Position numbers and translations under genes: made by a program. Shown in pieces: positions 10,285-23,515 of a DNA stretch of 64,000 nucleotides; positions within the stretch are counted from its first letter, which is position 1, and the number at the start of each line of letters is the position of its first letter. A model generated the notes under the pieces. That model worked only from the letters and a program-made list of their open reading frames with translations. It did not search any database and was not told the origin of the DNA. The stretch comes from Podarcis melisellensis (lineage: Eukaryota), in NCBI GenBank assembly GCA_964234715.1, contig OZ174277.1. One strand, 5' to 3'.

Positions 10285-13200
10285 CTGTGGAAAGAAAGCA
10301 AAGAGTCTAAAAGTTATTTCCCTAAAAATAAAGTATGCTTTTTTTCTCACACATGTGCAGATATGAATATGAACATATCCCACCAGTTCTGATTACTGAA
10401 AAGTGCAACTACAATCATGGAAATGCTGCCAGCCTTTTCAGCGATTGCTCAGCTCACGTGCATACTTCAGGTAGGACACCCTTGCCAATATGGAGAAGCA
10501 ACATTATGTATTGAATGGCCTCAGTATATGTAGATGTGAACATTCCCTCATCTTGAACAGACTAAAGTGGGTTATGTAGGCTTTCATAAAAAAGGATTTC
10601 CACAGGTTAAAGGCACCAGAGGTATAAATCTATTGATTCCTGTCTTGTGTATGAATATTGCATATCCACATGCAGCATCATTAGTAAGACTGCCACCTCA
10701 GAATAAACAAGTCCCCGCCCCCACTTCAGACTTTATGTATATCTTTTATGGCATGGTATATACCCAAAGGGTTATATAAGATCAAATAAAATTACATGTA
10801 AAGCCTTTATGGATGTAATATTACTTTTCATATAAATATATATTAAAAATTAACTTCCTTTCTACCAATCATTTCTTTAGTCTGTAGAACAATCTGAATT
10901 TTGACACATCTTTACTGATACATTTTTTCTCCTAAGAAATGTTAATGAATTCAGTAGTGTCATGGGGTTATATTTCTGAAGATATGCACTGCTCAACCAG
11001 ACAGAAACAGTTAGACTTGTGTGCAAGGGAGGTTCAAACACAATTCCTTACCAAAATACGTACCTGAGCTGGACTTTTATTTAACCTGACAGCAACAGAA
11101 GCAAATGTTTTTCCTGAAGGTCCTTTCTTCTGACATTCCAATAGAATCTCCCGGTCATCATTTCTATAATAAACATACGAGGGTAACTTCAACATCTGAA
11201 CACTGTTTTGAACTAAGTCTATCTATGTCTATTGCACTTCACACAGCAATGTTGTAACTCGAAATAAGTTCTTAAAAGTCTGTTAATGAAGACAAACAGA
11301 ATTCTGAAGGCTAATAGCAATTGCCCAAACCCTCCCTTATAAACTAAATGATACCCATTATGTTCACGCCATTCTGAAGCTTCTTCGGAACAGTGATGAT
11401 CACCTTATAATAATAATAATTAACAACAACAACAACAACAATTTATTACTTGTACCCCTCCCATCTGACTGACTTGCCCCAGCCACTTGGGGCAGCTTCT
11501 AACAAAATGTAACAGAATACAGCGAAAACATCAAACATTAAAAACTCTGTTCAATGGCTTTGAGGTCAGGTTTTCTCTCAAAAAATAAAGAAACCCAAAA
11601 CAGATTGAATGGTTGCCCTTGGGTTTCATTCGGATATGAAAAAAATATTTGTAAAACAAAGTAAAAGCTTATACTTTCTAATTACTTTGCACCATTGCTC
11701 AATGAAGCAAATGGAAATAAAGCAAGGATTTCCATTTGGGACTATATTAGGCTTCATGATTTACTGCCAAATGCAGACATTTTCCGCAAAGAAAGTCTAT
11801 ACAATACAATGAACCCTGTCAAGACAAGAGGCCACAATTCAACCCACCAGGTGCTCACTTGGGCTTCCAAGTTTCCCCCTCTCAATCAATTTACTGTCCC
11901 TACCTTCCAGTTCAGAAAACCTAGTTTCGACTGCAATGTAAAAATAAGACTATGCCACAGAATGCAGAAATGTATCACTCTATCTCCAACTGTTATACAC
12001 TTCCAGACCTCCCTTATTCATCCCATTGATTCGGTTTTTGGTTTTGGTTTTGTATTCTTACCTTGTCCAAGAAATCACAACTTCCCCTTTTTTCTTAATG
12101 ATGTTTTTGGCACACAGACTTGAGGGTGTCAGGGAGGATGTTGATGGTAAAGAATCTTTGTCTCCGACTGATGCAGTTTTATTACTGGATGTGTCTGTGG
12201 TCACTGAAGTAATCTCTTTAGACCTTTTGCTGTTTTTTTTACAAGCCAATTCACTACTCTCCTTTCTTTGTCTTTTTGCATTGGATGTATCTTCTGTCTC
12301 TTTTTTTCTTTTTTTCCTTTCTTTCGTTTCACATCCCAGGCCACTAGTATTTAGAGTAGTACCTGTTTCAAAATTCTCATCTGCTGTACACTTGTCAGGA
12401 GGATGCTCTGTCAAATTTACAACTGCTTCAACATCATGCTTTGGATGATCATCTGCTACATGGTGGTTCACTGTCTTCTCCTCATCTTTATCTTTACATA
12501 AGCCTCCCATTCTAGCATTTGAAGAACGTTCCACTGTAAGATCCCATGAATCAACTTCATTTTCTATGGGAGTCTCATCAGTCAAGTCTACACATATATC
12601 AAAATGGGTCTCAGAAGACAACTTTTCTACAAGGGAAACTGCTGCACAGCTAACTGGAGAATGTTCTAATTCAGCACAAGATGCATCTCTTTTTTGAAAA
12701 ACTTTCACGGTGTGTGCCTGAGGTAGTGTAAACACTTCAGGTGTGTCCTCATGCTGGCTAGTTTTAACCAAGGATTCTAAAGTTCTCCCTGGTTCTTTAG
12801 GTGGCTCTTGCAAATCAGTGGCTTCTTCTGGGCCAGCACCACTGTGCAACACCTGATGGGGCCCAAGTAAATCAGGGCCTTGAGTTTGACTGGCATTAGT
12901 ATATCGCTCCTGAAGCAATTCAGACGCTGCAAGATTGCAAGGTCGTTCTTCTATGGCATTCCTGAACAGGTCCTCTACAGATTCAAGTGCCTTGTTCGGG
13001 GCATCAGAATGAGGTTCCTGTTGGGGTTCAGAAAGATGAGGAACCTGATCGTTTGCAAGGCACAGAGGTGGCTCCTTCTCAGACTCCAGCAAATGAGTAA
13101 CTTGTCTCTCTCCAACATCATTCAGCTTACCCTCAGAGTCAATAATCTTTAAATTTTCCTTAGATGTTGCTGTATCTTCCAAAGGAATGCTTTTGAGGTC

Positions 13201-16200
13201 CAAAGTATCTAATTTTTCTTCCAACACTATTTCCTTGTTTCCTGCCCTACTAGAAGAGGTCAGTGGTTCATTTGCTAGAGTAGGCTGTTCAAGGACTGGT
13301 GAGGTAGATGGTGCGGCACGCCTTATTTTAACAATAAAGTGGTCATTTGATTTCTCCATAATTACTGCCTGCATTGGAAGGCTTGGGCAATACTGAAATC
13401 CAGGAGCAGGAGGTATACTTGCCCATGATGAAGAACAGCTTGATTTGCTGCTTGAATTATCAGATTCCAAAGCCAAATGGATGTCCTGTTCAGAAGCATC
13501 CTCCTCTTCGAGATGGGCATCTTCACTGAAGTGTGCACTCAGAACATCCTCAGGAACTGAGCCATACATGTCAGGTTTCAAGAAGCTAAGATGAGCATCT
13601 GACTTCAAAGGGGAGGGAATAGTCAATGACACAGCTAGGTCTTCCAGAAGAATAGAAGAGACAAGTGATTTTGGTTTGTCTGAAATGCACTCCTCACCTT
13701 TCTTCAAAGCAGGACTAGTAGGAATTTCAAACATACAGCTTTCATCAAGAATATCTGGATCAATTGGCATCTGCAGCCTAGCTAAAAAAGCTGAATCTCT
13801 TTCAGGTGAAACTATAGGCCATTTAATTCCATCTAGTACTCTTGACTCAACTCCAGTCTCTCTTGGAATCTGCTCTCCGGTCTCATATGGAGGCTCACTC
13901 ACACAGTTCTGGCCATCTTGGGTGTGTTTTTCTGGTGTCCTGAACTCCCACTGATTGTCATTGATAAAGTCACCATTTTTTTCTGAAAGGTCAGAGCCTT
14001 GTAACAAACTTTTGAACATTTCACCCATTTGAGCGTCATTCACCAGGTTGAATGTCAGGCCAGACATCTGCTGTTCTGTGAGAGGTCCACAGCTAATATC
14101 AGACTTGTGAGAGTCTCCAATCATATGCAATCTTTCATTTTCATTTTTTCCACCGTTCAAAGAAGTGTCTGACATGGAGCTTTCCTTGAAAGGTTCAGCT
14201 TCAGTCCGAGAATGTTTTGGGTTAACAGTATGGGAACTTCTACATTTTGCAGTCACATTTTTCTGTGTACTCATTTTGTTTGTGTTATGGTGGCCTCGCT
14301 TCAATAGCTGGTTACCTGCTACTGGTTTTGATGGGGCACATTCTTCAGGCCTTTGCATTCTAGCATTTAAGGCTGGTTTCTTTGATTTCTGTCTGTCAAT
14401 TTTATTTTTATGATTTATAAGGCATTTGGGGCTTTCTTTCTTTCTTTTATCAAGCTTACCTTCATCGCTTTCATTTCCAAAGCTTACCAAGGTACATAGC
14501 TTTAGAATAATTTTTTTTATTTTATCAAATAAGTAGTCAAGCTGCTCGTCCACAAGTTTCCACAACTTTTTCTTCATATCGGATTGCTGCTGTTCAAAGA
14601 GATGCTCTATTGCACTATTCTCTTTGATCCGATTAAGTTTATATTCTATAACTTCACAGAGGTTCAGCTTTAAAGCCTCACTAGATTTAGACATTTTAGA
14701 GAAGTCAAGGTATTTTACCAGAGATGTAAAGTTCAAAATAGCTGAATCTATGATCCTATGAAAATGCTGTACTGGAAATTGTATCTTAAACTTCATGTAG
14801 CTTTTCCGTACTTGCTTTCTTATAGCTTTCAGCATCTGCATGAACTCATGCACTGTAGAAGGTACAACAATAATTTGAACTATTTTTTCAAGACTGTCAA
14901 TGCTCACAGTTTTAATTTTCTTTACTTCATTGGAGCGCATTATAGTTCCATCTTTGGGATTTTCTTTATTTTTTCCCCCAGAAGACAATTTTCCTGTATC
15001 TTCTCTGGAAGATGTTGTCCTGACCTTGTGGTTGCAAGTACTCTTGGCCAAATTAGATCTATCTGGAGATGCTTTTCTTCTTGTTTTTTTACTATTTTCA
15101 GAGCTGGCTTCTATTTTAGGCTCATCATTGTCACTTACAATTTCACCTTCTTCTAATTCATCTGAGGACATGCTTAGCTGAGACTCCTCTAAGATTTGAT
15201 GATCTGAGCAAAGAGGCTTTTGGTTTTCCTTGTTCAGTTCACTGGACTGGTTCCTTCCAGGATAGACAACTGCATTTTCTGGAACAAAATCTAGAAATAA
15301 TGAAACAATTTGTTAATTAAGCAGCCCAAAGTAGCAAGCCTCAAAACAAATTCCAATGACAGTATAATCTAATAGTCAATTTTAGTTTAGAACAGTGAAC
15401 ATAATTGTTTAGAAGTGCCAGTAGCTCTAGGTGATGCATTTTAGCAGAGGACAGGCAGCTTTTGGAAGAAGAGCTAGATTTAAAAAAAAAAAATAGCATG
15501 GAAACAGTATTTATATATCAAGTTCCATGGCAATTTATCTTGAAATTGCAAGATTAAGCCCAAAAGCACTTTTAATTATTACTGCCTCCAAAACTAGTGG
15601 ATAAGACACTGTGCAAAGAGTTCTGCCAGAATGTGGGTTACACTATGTAGCTTAACATGGCTTGCAATTGTAATTTTCAAGAGTGGGGAAACCCTTTAGA
15701 TGCTGTTGGACCCCAACGCCCCAGGGTTGATGGAAGCTGTAGTCCAGCAGCATCAGAGGGTCATGGGTTTGCCACTACTGCTTTAAACAGTTTCCTCCTA
15801 TGTAATCAGTTTGAATAAATATCTACCTCAGAGCTAGCAGACTGAAAGCTAAGTCTTACTCCCCACTGAATTTAAACAGGAGAGTCAGTAGCCCAGTGTC
15901 AGAATATTTGCTTTGAACACAGAAGGTCTGAAGTTCAATCCCTGGCATCTCTAGGTAAGGCTGGGAGAGACTCTTGTCTGAAATCTTGTAAAGCCACGGC
16001 CACTCAACGTGGACAATACTGAACTAGATGGGCAAAGCCTCAATATAAGGCAGCTTTGTTACCTAACTTGAGAAAAAATGCCTGTGAATTGCAGCTGTGC
16101 AGTATGATCTTGTGTGATGCTCAGAAGTTGCATTTAGTACTCCCATTCAAGTGTGTATGGGATCACAGTCGTAAATTCCTACACGCTAAGAACACTTACT

Positions 16201-19200
16201 AAAGAGAAAGCTCCACTGAACTCAATGGGGAAGATATGTACAGGATTGCACTGCACAGATGAAGCACGCTTGCCTACAAGTTGTGCAGTAAGTTCTACTG
16301 AAAACAAACAGAACTTAATAGCAATTCACTTATGTTTAGCATCGGTATACGTGTGAATGCTTAATGTGTTCCTCATTCAAATAAAAATCATGTAACAGGC
16401 AGAGCATATTAAACATATACCTGTATTATAGCTTTTCACAGGTCCTTTGTAAGGGCTTTCCATTCGGGGTACTTTAGCCAAAGGTCGCATTGGACTATTA
16501 AGTGGGCTGATTGGTTTTGGAATATTCCTCATATGATTGAGATCAATGCTCAGAATAGAGTTATCATCATCAACAGAAACTGTGCTTATTTCTCTTGCTG
16601 GAGATGTAGGTTTCAACCCTTCATTGTATAATGTTTCCAAGTGGTTTTCATGGTTACGGTCAGGAAAGCTTGGCTCCAAGTGACCACCACTCAGTATTTT
16701 GCCTTCTTCCACAGTAGCTTTATGAGGCATAGGCTTGTTCTCTTTTTCAGGACCCTCCAAGACATTTTCACCTGTCCAATTACTGGACTCCTTCTCGTCC
16801 ATCAGTGAGTCTGAATCTGTCCCACTGATCTCATCTATTACACTAAAAGAATCAAAATCCACAGAACTTATAGTCTCCACATCATTGAGAGAGTTATCGG
16901 GAAGTGTGTCTTGATCCAAGGGGCTTTCTAAACCAGAAGCCACATGCATCTTATCAACTCCATCAGCTTCTCCCATCCCAGTTTTTGCCTCAGGCAGGAG
17001 CTTCACATCCTCCGGGGCCCACTGCGCTGCTATATCTTGTGGGTCTGAGGTTGTCTTCAAAGGCTTTGTGTTTAGAGTTTTTGGCAGCCCCTCATTTCCC
17101 ACCTTCGTTTTGACTTCAGAAAGAGGAATTACTTGTTCCGATTTGGTCTGAACAGGATTGTCACAGATTGGTGATAGTGGTGTTTGTGTTTGCTTAATGG
17201 CATTAGCACCAATAGCCTCAGCTGGTACCAACATGACTTCCTGACCTGGAATTTCTGTACCACATTTATTGGTAGACTTTGCCACTGCTTTGCATTTGTC
17301 TGTTTGCTTCTTAGCAGGAGAAAGGGTTAAATTTAGTGTCTGCATAAAGCTCAGTTTTAAGTCTTTGCTTTTCGACTGCTCCTCCTCCCTTCTAACTTTT
17401 ATAGGCACCTGCTCCTCCAAGCCTTCAACTACCTTGGCAGTCTCTACTGATTGAAAGGACTTCTTTTTCTCCCTTATTGCACTATCTTTAATTTTCATGG
17501 CTCCTTTTCCTGTTTGGAGGGATGCTTCCTTTGATTCTCTTTTTTCATTTTGAGAAGTCCTGGCCTCATTAGAATCACCTCTCTCATTTTTCCTTTTCTC
17601 TTCAGTTCTATGTCTGCCCGATTTTGAACGTGTGTGTTCAGATTCACTTTTACTGCTATCCTCTTTAGGGTGGCCATGTTTCAAGTCTTTGTTTAAAACA
17701 GAAGGTGGTGGTGAAGGTTTCCCTCCACAGGGCACAGGACCGCTTGCTTCTTTGTTCCTCCTGCAATCACTATGTTTTCTCTTTCTGTCTTCCACATAGC
17801 TTTTGCTTAATTTTTTAGGGCTTCTGGCAATTTTATTCCATTCAGGGGGACTACTAACCTTGCCAGTTCTTTGTTGTTCTAGATAGCTGTCAGATTGCCT
17901 GTTTTTTTGTCCGTTGTTGCTTTCCTCTTTGTTTCTCAGTTTCAGGTCCTTCTGATTTTTGTTTTGTGACTTTTCACTCCTGTCACTGCTGGAGTGTTCT
18001 GGTTTTGACAGTGATGTGTCTTTAGGAGTTGGTTGTTTCTCCCTAGCAGAAGGGACCTTACCAGTTCTTTTTTCTGTATGTGGGCTGCTTTTGAGCTTCA
18101 AGTCCTTTTTGTCTTTCCATAGTCCATTTTTTTCTGTTTTGTCTGGATTAACTTCCAACCGTCCATGAGGATCCAACTTTCCCTCTAGTGTGCTGCCCAG
18201 ATTTTGGTGTGCTTTTGTTTTGTATCTGTTGTTATTCTCACTGCTATGATGCTCATTATGTTTCATTTCTTTTCTTCCTTTTTCTTTGTCATAAGAGCTG
18301 TCAACACTTGCAAGCCTTACATGAGTACCATCTCTGCAAAGCTGTTCAGGATGAGATTGAGATACGTACAGAGTGTCTCCTTTTTCTGGAGGCAATTTCT
18401 TATTTTCTGTACCCCAAGGTGGATAACCGCAAGGTTTGTCCTTAGGCAGGGCTTGGGTAGTTCTAGAATCGGTTCTTGAATTGTTCTCTGGAACTAAATC
18501 TCTGAATTTATTTTTCAGTTTTGATCCCTCAAAGTTTCTTGCATTATTAGTTGATGCTGGGACGTATGTTCTATTCGGATGAACTTGAAATTCTGTTAAC
18601 CTGTTTAGAAAGAGATTGTATTACTATACTACATTTCAAAAAATATTTCAGATTTAAGCAAACTCCAAATTCTACTAAAATCTAAATGCCGTGGTGAGAC
18701 AAGCCAGAATAAGCCTTTAAAAGTGTTAAATAAATATTTAATCTTCCTTTTACTTTTAAAGGAATAAAAGGTCCACACAATGGCATTCTTTATGAAGTTG
18801 GCTTGTATCAACAAAGCATAGTTAAGATTAACCAGTTTGGATGGGGACCTTCTATTTAGGATTTATACAAACAAACAGAAAGGATATCACTGAAGGAATT
18901 ACCATTGGTGTTCAAAGCATGTCCTCAACCACACGCTTCAGGAATATTCTCACCCCACACATTTCACTCTGCTGCTCTCAGCAGGCTAGAATCAAGAAAG
19001 GTAGGGGGCAACGTTGCATCTCTGCTTACACTGACAGCAGACAGCTAACTCTTTGGGAGAGCAACACACATTTCTTACTGTTACAATACTCTTGCTTAAA
19101 AGTTCACTCATTAATTGAAGAATCGTGCCCAAAGCAATAATTTAGCAGTCCATGTCTGACAAATATATAATCAGGCTTAAGCACCCTTCCCTCAGCAGGC

Positions 19201-21857
19201 ATAGCAACAGAACCTGCACAAACCCTGCTGAAGCAACTACTGCTTGCATTGTTGCTTTTCTCCCAGTAATTTTGAGAGTCAGGGTCCCATAGGATTTGTC
19301 CAAATCAGTTGAGAGCTCTTCTAATGAGCTGTCGTTCCCTTTTGAAATGACAGTCCCCATTTAATGTTTTCTCTCCCCCCCCCCCACTTCCTAATATAGT
19401 AACATACCAGAACCAAAATAGGCAGAAAAAGAGAGCCTTAATTCATAGCCTCTCTGGTTAAACTGGTCCCAATCACCCAACGCATGCTTTACTCAGGGCA
19501 GCCTAGTTTCAGGAGTGCTGTTCCCAGGGATCCTTGCCTGGTGCCAATGTTGTTGGCATGAGATGAAAATGATATGAAATGATTTGTTTACAAATGTTGA
19601 TGGCTTGGGGCTTTGTTGAAGCCAGTCTGGTCCTTTCAGCTTTTAAAATTAAGATAGAATGAGAACTGAACATCATTTAATTTGCTTGTATCTTCCTTAA
19701 AAAAGAAACAAGTCTCAAAGCAACTTCCTATACCGATAAGTACATGCTAATGCAGATACCTCAAAACACACTTTGAAACAGTACAACACATTAAAAGTGT
19801 CCATCCACAGTAAAATGGTAAAGGCAAAGGACTCCTGACAGTTAAGTCCAGTCACAAACAACTCTGGGGTTGCGGCGCTCATCTCGCTTTACTGGCTGAG
19901 GGAGCCGGTGTTTGTCCGCAGACAGTTTTTCTGGGTCATGTGGCCAGCATGACTAAGCCACTTCTGGCGAAACCAGAGCAGCGCATGGAAATGCTGTTTA
20001 CCTTCCCACCGGAGCAGTACCAATTTATCTATTTGCACTTTGATGTGCTTCCAAACTGCTAAGTTGGCAGAAGATGGGACTGAGCAATGGGAGCTCACCC
20101 CGTCGCGGGGAGTCGAACCGCTGACCTTCTGATTGGCAAGCCCTAGGCTTAGTGGTTTAGACCACAGTGCCACCCGCGTCCCTCATCCACAGTAGTCAGC
20201 TTAAAAACAAAATACACTTTCCCTGATCACCACTGAAATGAACACCCAATTGAACCACAAGACCTTAGCACCATCACCGGCCAAATACCGGACAGAATGA
20301 AAACATTCCACATCTTTGTGCACTAGTTATGCTAGCAAGCATGAAGCTATGAACATAATGTGTGGGTAACCTTTTTCAAGAAACACTTCAAATTTTAGCA
20401 GAATTTTTTTTTCAGAAGATGAGTATCTGATATCTAGCAAGTTAATGTTTATGTGTCTGTTAAATTTAACTACAAAAAAGATAGGCTTAGAAAACATCTT
20501 CTACTTTTTAGTTTCAAATGTGTCTTGTTTCTTTTTCTTCTAAATATTTGGACAATAGAGGACATTCCTGAAAAAAGCATACCTTCGCTGGAGACTATTA
20601 ATTTCTTCATCCTTGCGATTAATTTCCACTCTAGCTGTTTTTAGAAGAGCGGAAATATTCTTTTTAAGAGACTGGTTTTCATTTTGCAGAGCAGAGTTCT
20701 AATTTTAAAAAAACACAGAGACATATAGATGTTATGAACTTGTATCTGCATATATTGGGGGAGAGAAGGAAAACACCAATAACGGTTTAGGAAAAAATCT
20801 CATTTAAATGAATCACAGTTAACTTTCACAAAGAACTTTCAAAATGCCCTACCGACTTTGTGCTGCAACCTCATACAAAAAGCACTATTTTCAATAAGCA
20901 TCAAAGCAAAATACATTTACGATACTAATAGTCCTTACAGAGACAGAGCTGCCCTGCACAGCCTCACTAATTCAAAATATTACTATTGTGGTTGCTGTTT
21001 CTTATTTTATTATTTTGTTTTATTTAAAAAACAAGATACACTCGCAACTAATACTTCAAAACAGCAAACCAATACAAATTGGAAGATGTATATGAAGAGT
21101 TTCTAGAACGCTTTCAGTTACAGGATACAAAATGGGTAATTAATGCTTAATGCTTCTTTACCTGTTCTTGTATTTGCTGAAACCTCCTTGTCAACTCTTG
21201 AAGTTGTTGCTGACATTTCTCATGTTCAGCCTGCAACTGTTGAAACAGTATTATTCACATTTGTATTAAAGACAGTATTAAGTGAGCCTAATTTTCTTTG
21301 GGTAATAATAATAATAATCCAGCTTTGTTAAAATATGCAAGAAAAGTCATTACATTAAAATAATAGTAAATAAAATTTCCCTCACAAACAGGAAAACCTT
21401 CCAAACATGCATTTACAAAATGTCTGTGTCATGACTGATCACAGATTTCCTGATGCACGTCGAATTTTTCAATAAATTGAGACTGCTCAGTAAAGTGGGT
21501 GTTTGGGGATTTTAAAATGTTTTGATAGTACATAGTGTACTAAAATGTGCTGAACTGATGAATTTAAAACACACACCTTGCTAACTAACTTGCTAACTAA
21601 CTACATCACATTTCACCAACATATCATTGATTCAAAATACATACATCATTGTAAGTAGCTTCCTTTGCTGTTCCTTCTTCAATCAGGATCTCATCGAATA
21701 GGTTTAAACTACTTATTGATGAGGTCAGTTTTGTAGCAGGTTTGACTGAGAGAGCAGGGAGAGGGAGAGGGAGAGGGAGAGAGAGAGAGTTTTACATGGA
21801 ATATTTTCCTTTTTCATTGTACCCATTCTTCCATTAGATAAGATCGAAAGAGCTACT

Positions 21858-21905
<48 letters not shown>

Positions 21906-23515
21906 TTTATACCCCGCCCATTTGGCTGGGTTTCCCCAGCCACTCTGGGCGGCTTCCATCAAAAGATTAAAAGTACATTAAAACATCCGTCATTAAAAAC
22001 TTCCCTAAACAGGGCTTTTTTCTTACGAACAGCAGGTTCCTATGCCACATCAAACTGCTTTTGAATATTTTTCTCAGTTTCAAAAGTGTTTCCTATGTGG
22101 GACGGGGGGGCGGCGGGGGGCAGGACGCACTAGGCATCTAGTGGGGGCTTAATCCCATTTAAAGTTGTGAAAGTTAGTTTCAGTTTCACAACTTCCATCA
22201 GGTTTTTAAATTATGTATAGTATTATGATGTTCCAGGATACAGCAACGGGTTCTGCACATTTTATCTCTCCCCTGAAGTCCTTCCAAATAAGCCATGGTT
22301 GCAACTTGTCACCTAAGAAATTTTACTTAGATCAAAATGCTATTTGTGGCAGCTGCTAACTCAAATTGCATATCAAAGCCATCTCTTGAGAGTCAATACA
22401 AACTACTCCTATTCTGAAGTGCAAAAGATACTTATTTTTTCTGCAACAAACCCAAAACAAAAATGCTCTATCCTAACAGCAGGATGAATATATACAGGAC
22501 CTTTTATGATAAAATTCTCCAATGTATAATTAAATAACCAAATTACTATGGATTGTATCCAACTCAGCTGAAAGCTTCTGTCAGTGGAACAGGAAGGGAA
22601 GCAGTGAATTCTCAGTGGTTCCTCCTTCCTGCTGAAGCCCTACCCCCATGTCCATCATAAATCTGCTTCAGAGTTTTACTCTCAGCTGAGCAATGCCATT
22701 GGTTACAAAGCTATGAACATACCAGAAATAACTGGAGAGCTGTCTAATCCATCATAAATATCCACTGAACTCTCATCATCATCTACTCCTTGAGAAGAAA
22801 CTGCAAATAAAGAGAATAAAGTAATAATATGTAAGTTCACCCAGTCTACGTATGCAGTAATGGTGAAATACAAGAGAAATACACTACAAAGGATCTCTAG
22901 TAGAAAATCACTATGAGATGAAAGAAATAAGAAGCTCGTCTCCCCTTGCACTATCGCCCCCTTCAAATTGTAGCCTCAGCGGTGGGTTTTATAGAATTAA
23001 AAGGGACAAAAATAGGCCATTTCTGTGTCAGAAATAACTTCTTGCATTAAAAACATAATACAGCATCAAACATAGCCATAACAGTAATATCTAGGTCCTT
23101 ATTATTTGTTCGATAATGGTATCCATCTTATTCTATGAAGCCAGAAGAAATGGGGCAGAGCCTAAAATTGTAGTTAAGAGGGCATCCAATGTTTGTCTGT
23201 ACAACTCTGCTCCCAAAGATCAGATTCTTAGAAAACCATGATGGGTCTCCCAGCAATGCAGGAAGAAAACTCTCTTCCGATGACCAGCAACAGCTCTTGC
23301 CACAACATATGACAGTCAACTGTGCTGTACAAGGAGCTACATATACTGGTCCATATATAACTTTTCTCAAGGGTTTCTTCCTTGGTATGGAGTTTCCCTA
23401 CATTTATTTATTTTTTAAGTAAAAATAATCTGATTAAAACCAACAAACAAAAAAACTTACCACCATGCAATAAATTAGAAAACGTCATCCCATCGTCATC
23501 ATCATCTGTTGCCAT
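10228..23515 (-). CDS. CASP8AP2: CASP8-associated protein 2 (FLASH), complete spliced CDS of about 1996 aa
   Basis: complement(join(10228..10284,11064..11163,12062..15290,16421..18600,20583..20698,21162..21236,21645..21745,22723..22800,23461..23515)) = 5991 nt, all GT-AG and phase-consistent. Motifs: N-terminal coiled coil [48 protein letters not shown]2-binding DELEEGEI, and the C-terminal SANT/Myb-like domain [15 protein letters not shown]. Confidence 0.95.
11064..11163 (-). CDS. CASP8AP2: CASP8AP2 coding exon 8 ([33 protein letters not shown])
   Basis: ttatag| ... CAG|gtacgt; SANT/Myb-like domain. Confidence 0.93.
11405..11547 (-). mobile_element. LINE (L2-like) 3' tail fragment
   Basis: Reverse complement of the 6203 tail (CCATCTGACTGACTTGCCCCAGCCAC) with (TAA)n/(CAA)n. 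Confidence 0.65.
12062..15290 (-). CDS. CASP8AP2: CASP8AP2 coding exon 7 (3229 nt)
   Basis: tttctag| ... AG|gtaaga; contains ORF 12058..15171, DELEEGEI and the SIM-like ICVDLT. Confidence 0.94.
15879..16056 (+). mobile_element. tRNA-derived SINE (Squam2/Anolis SINE2-like), diverged
   Basis: A-box-like GTAGCCCAGTG, B-box-like GTTCAATCCC, and body ...GGACAATACTGAACTAGATGG...ATAAGGCAGCTT recognised as a squamate SINE. Confidence 0.7.
16421..18600 (-). CDS. CASP8AP2: CASP8AP2 coding exon 6 (2180 nt)
   Basis: aaacag| ... ACAG|gtatat; contains ORF 16377..18395. Confidence 0.93.
19813..20183 (-). mobile_element. Full-length Sauria SINE (Squam1 type)
   Basis: Minus-strand head GGGACGCGGGTGGCACTGTGGTCTAAACC with B box GGTTCGACTCC and an ACCTTT-like tail. 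11-bp TSD CATCCACAGTA at 19802-19812 and 20184-20194. Confidence 0.9.
20583..20698 (-). CDS. CASP8AP2: CASP8AP2 coding exon 5 ([38 protein letters not shown])
   Basis: attag| ... AG|gtatgc; Lsm11-binding coiled-coil region. Confidence 0.93.
21162..21236 (-). CDS. CASP8AP2: CASP8AP2 coding exon 4 ([25 protein letters not shown])
   Basis: tcaacag| ... CAG|gtaaag; 75 nt, coiled coil. Confidence 0.92.
21645..21745 (-). CDS. CASP8AP2: CASP8AP2 coding exon 3 ([33 protein letters not shown])
   Basis: ctctcag| ... GAT|gtatgt; [12 protein letters not shown] is a FLASH hallmark. Confidence 0.92.
21858..22016 (-). mobile_element. LINE (L2-like) 3' tail fragment with expanded (TAA)n
   Basis: (TAA)n then TTTATACCCCGCCCATTTGGCTGGGTTTCCCCAGCCACTCTGGGCGGCTTCCA. 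Confidence 0.7.
22723..22800 (-). CDS. CASP8AP2: CASP8AP2 coding exon 2 ([25 protein letters not shown])
   Basis: ttgcag| ... G|gtatgt; 78 nt, phase 1-1. Confidence 0.9.
23461..23515 (-). CDS. CASP8AP2: CASP8AP2 coding exon 1 ([18 protein letters not shown])
   Basis: ATG at 23515, donor G|gtaagt, acceptor tgcag| at 23542; resembles the vertebrate FLASH start MAADDD. Confidence 0.88.

Noticed and set aside
11695-18479. Plus-strand ORFs antisense to the large CASP8AP2 exons
   Set aside because: Shadow ORFs of coding sequence with no independent gene signals.
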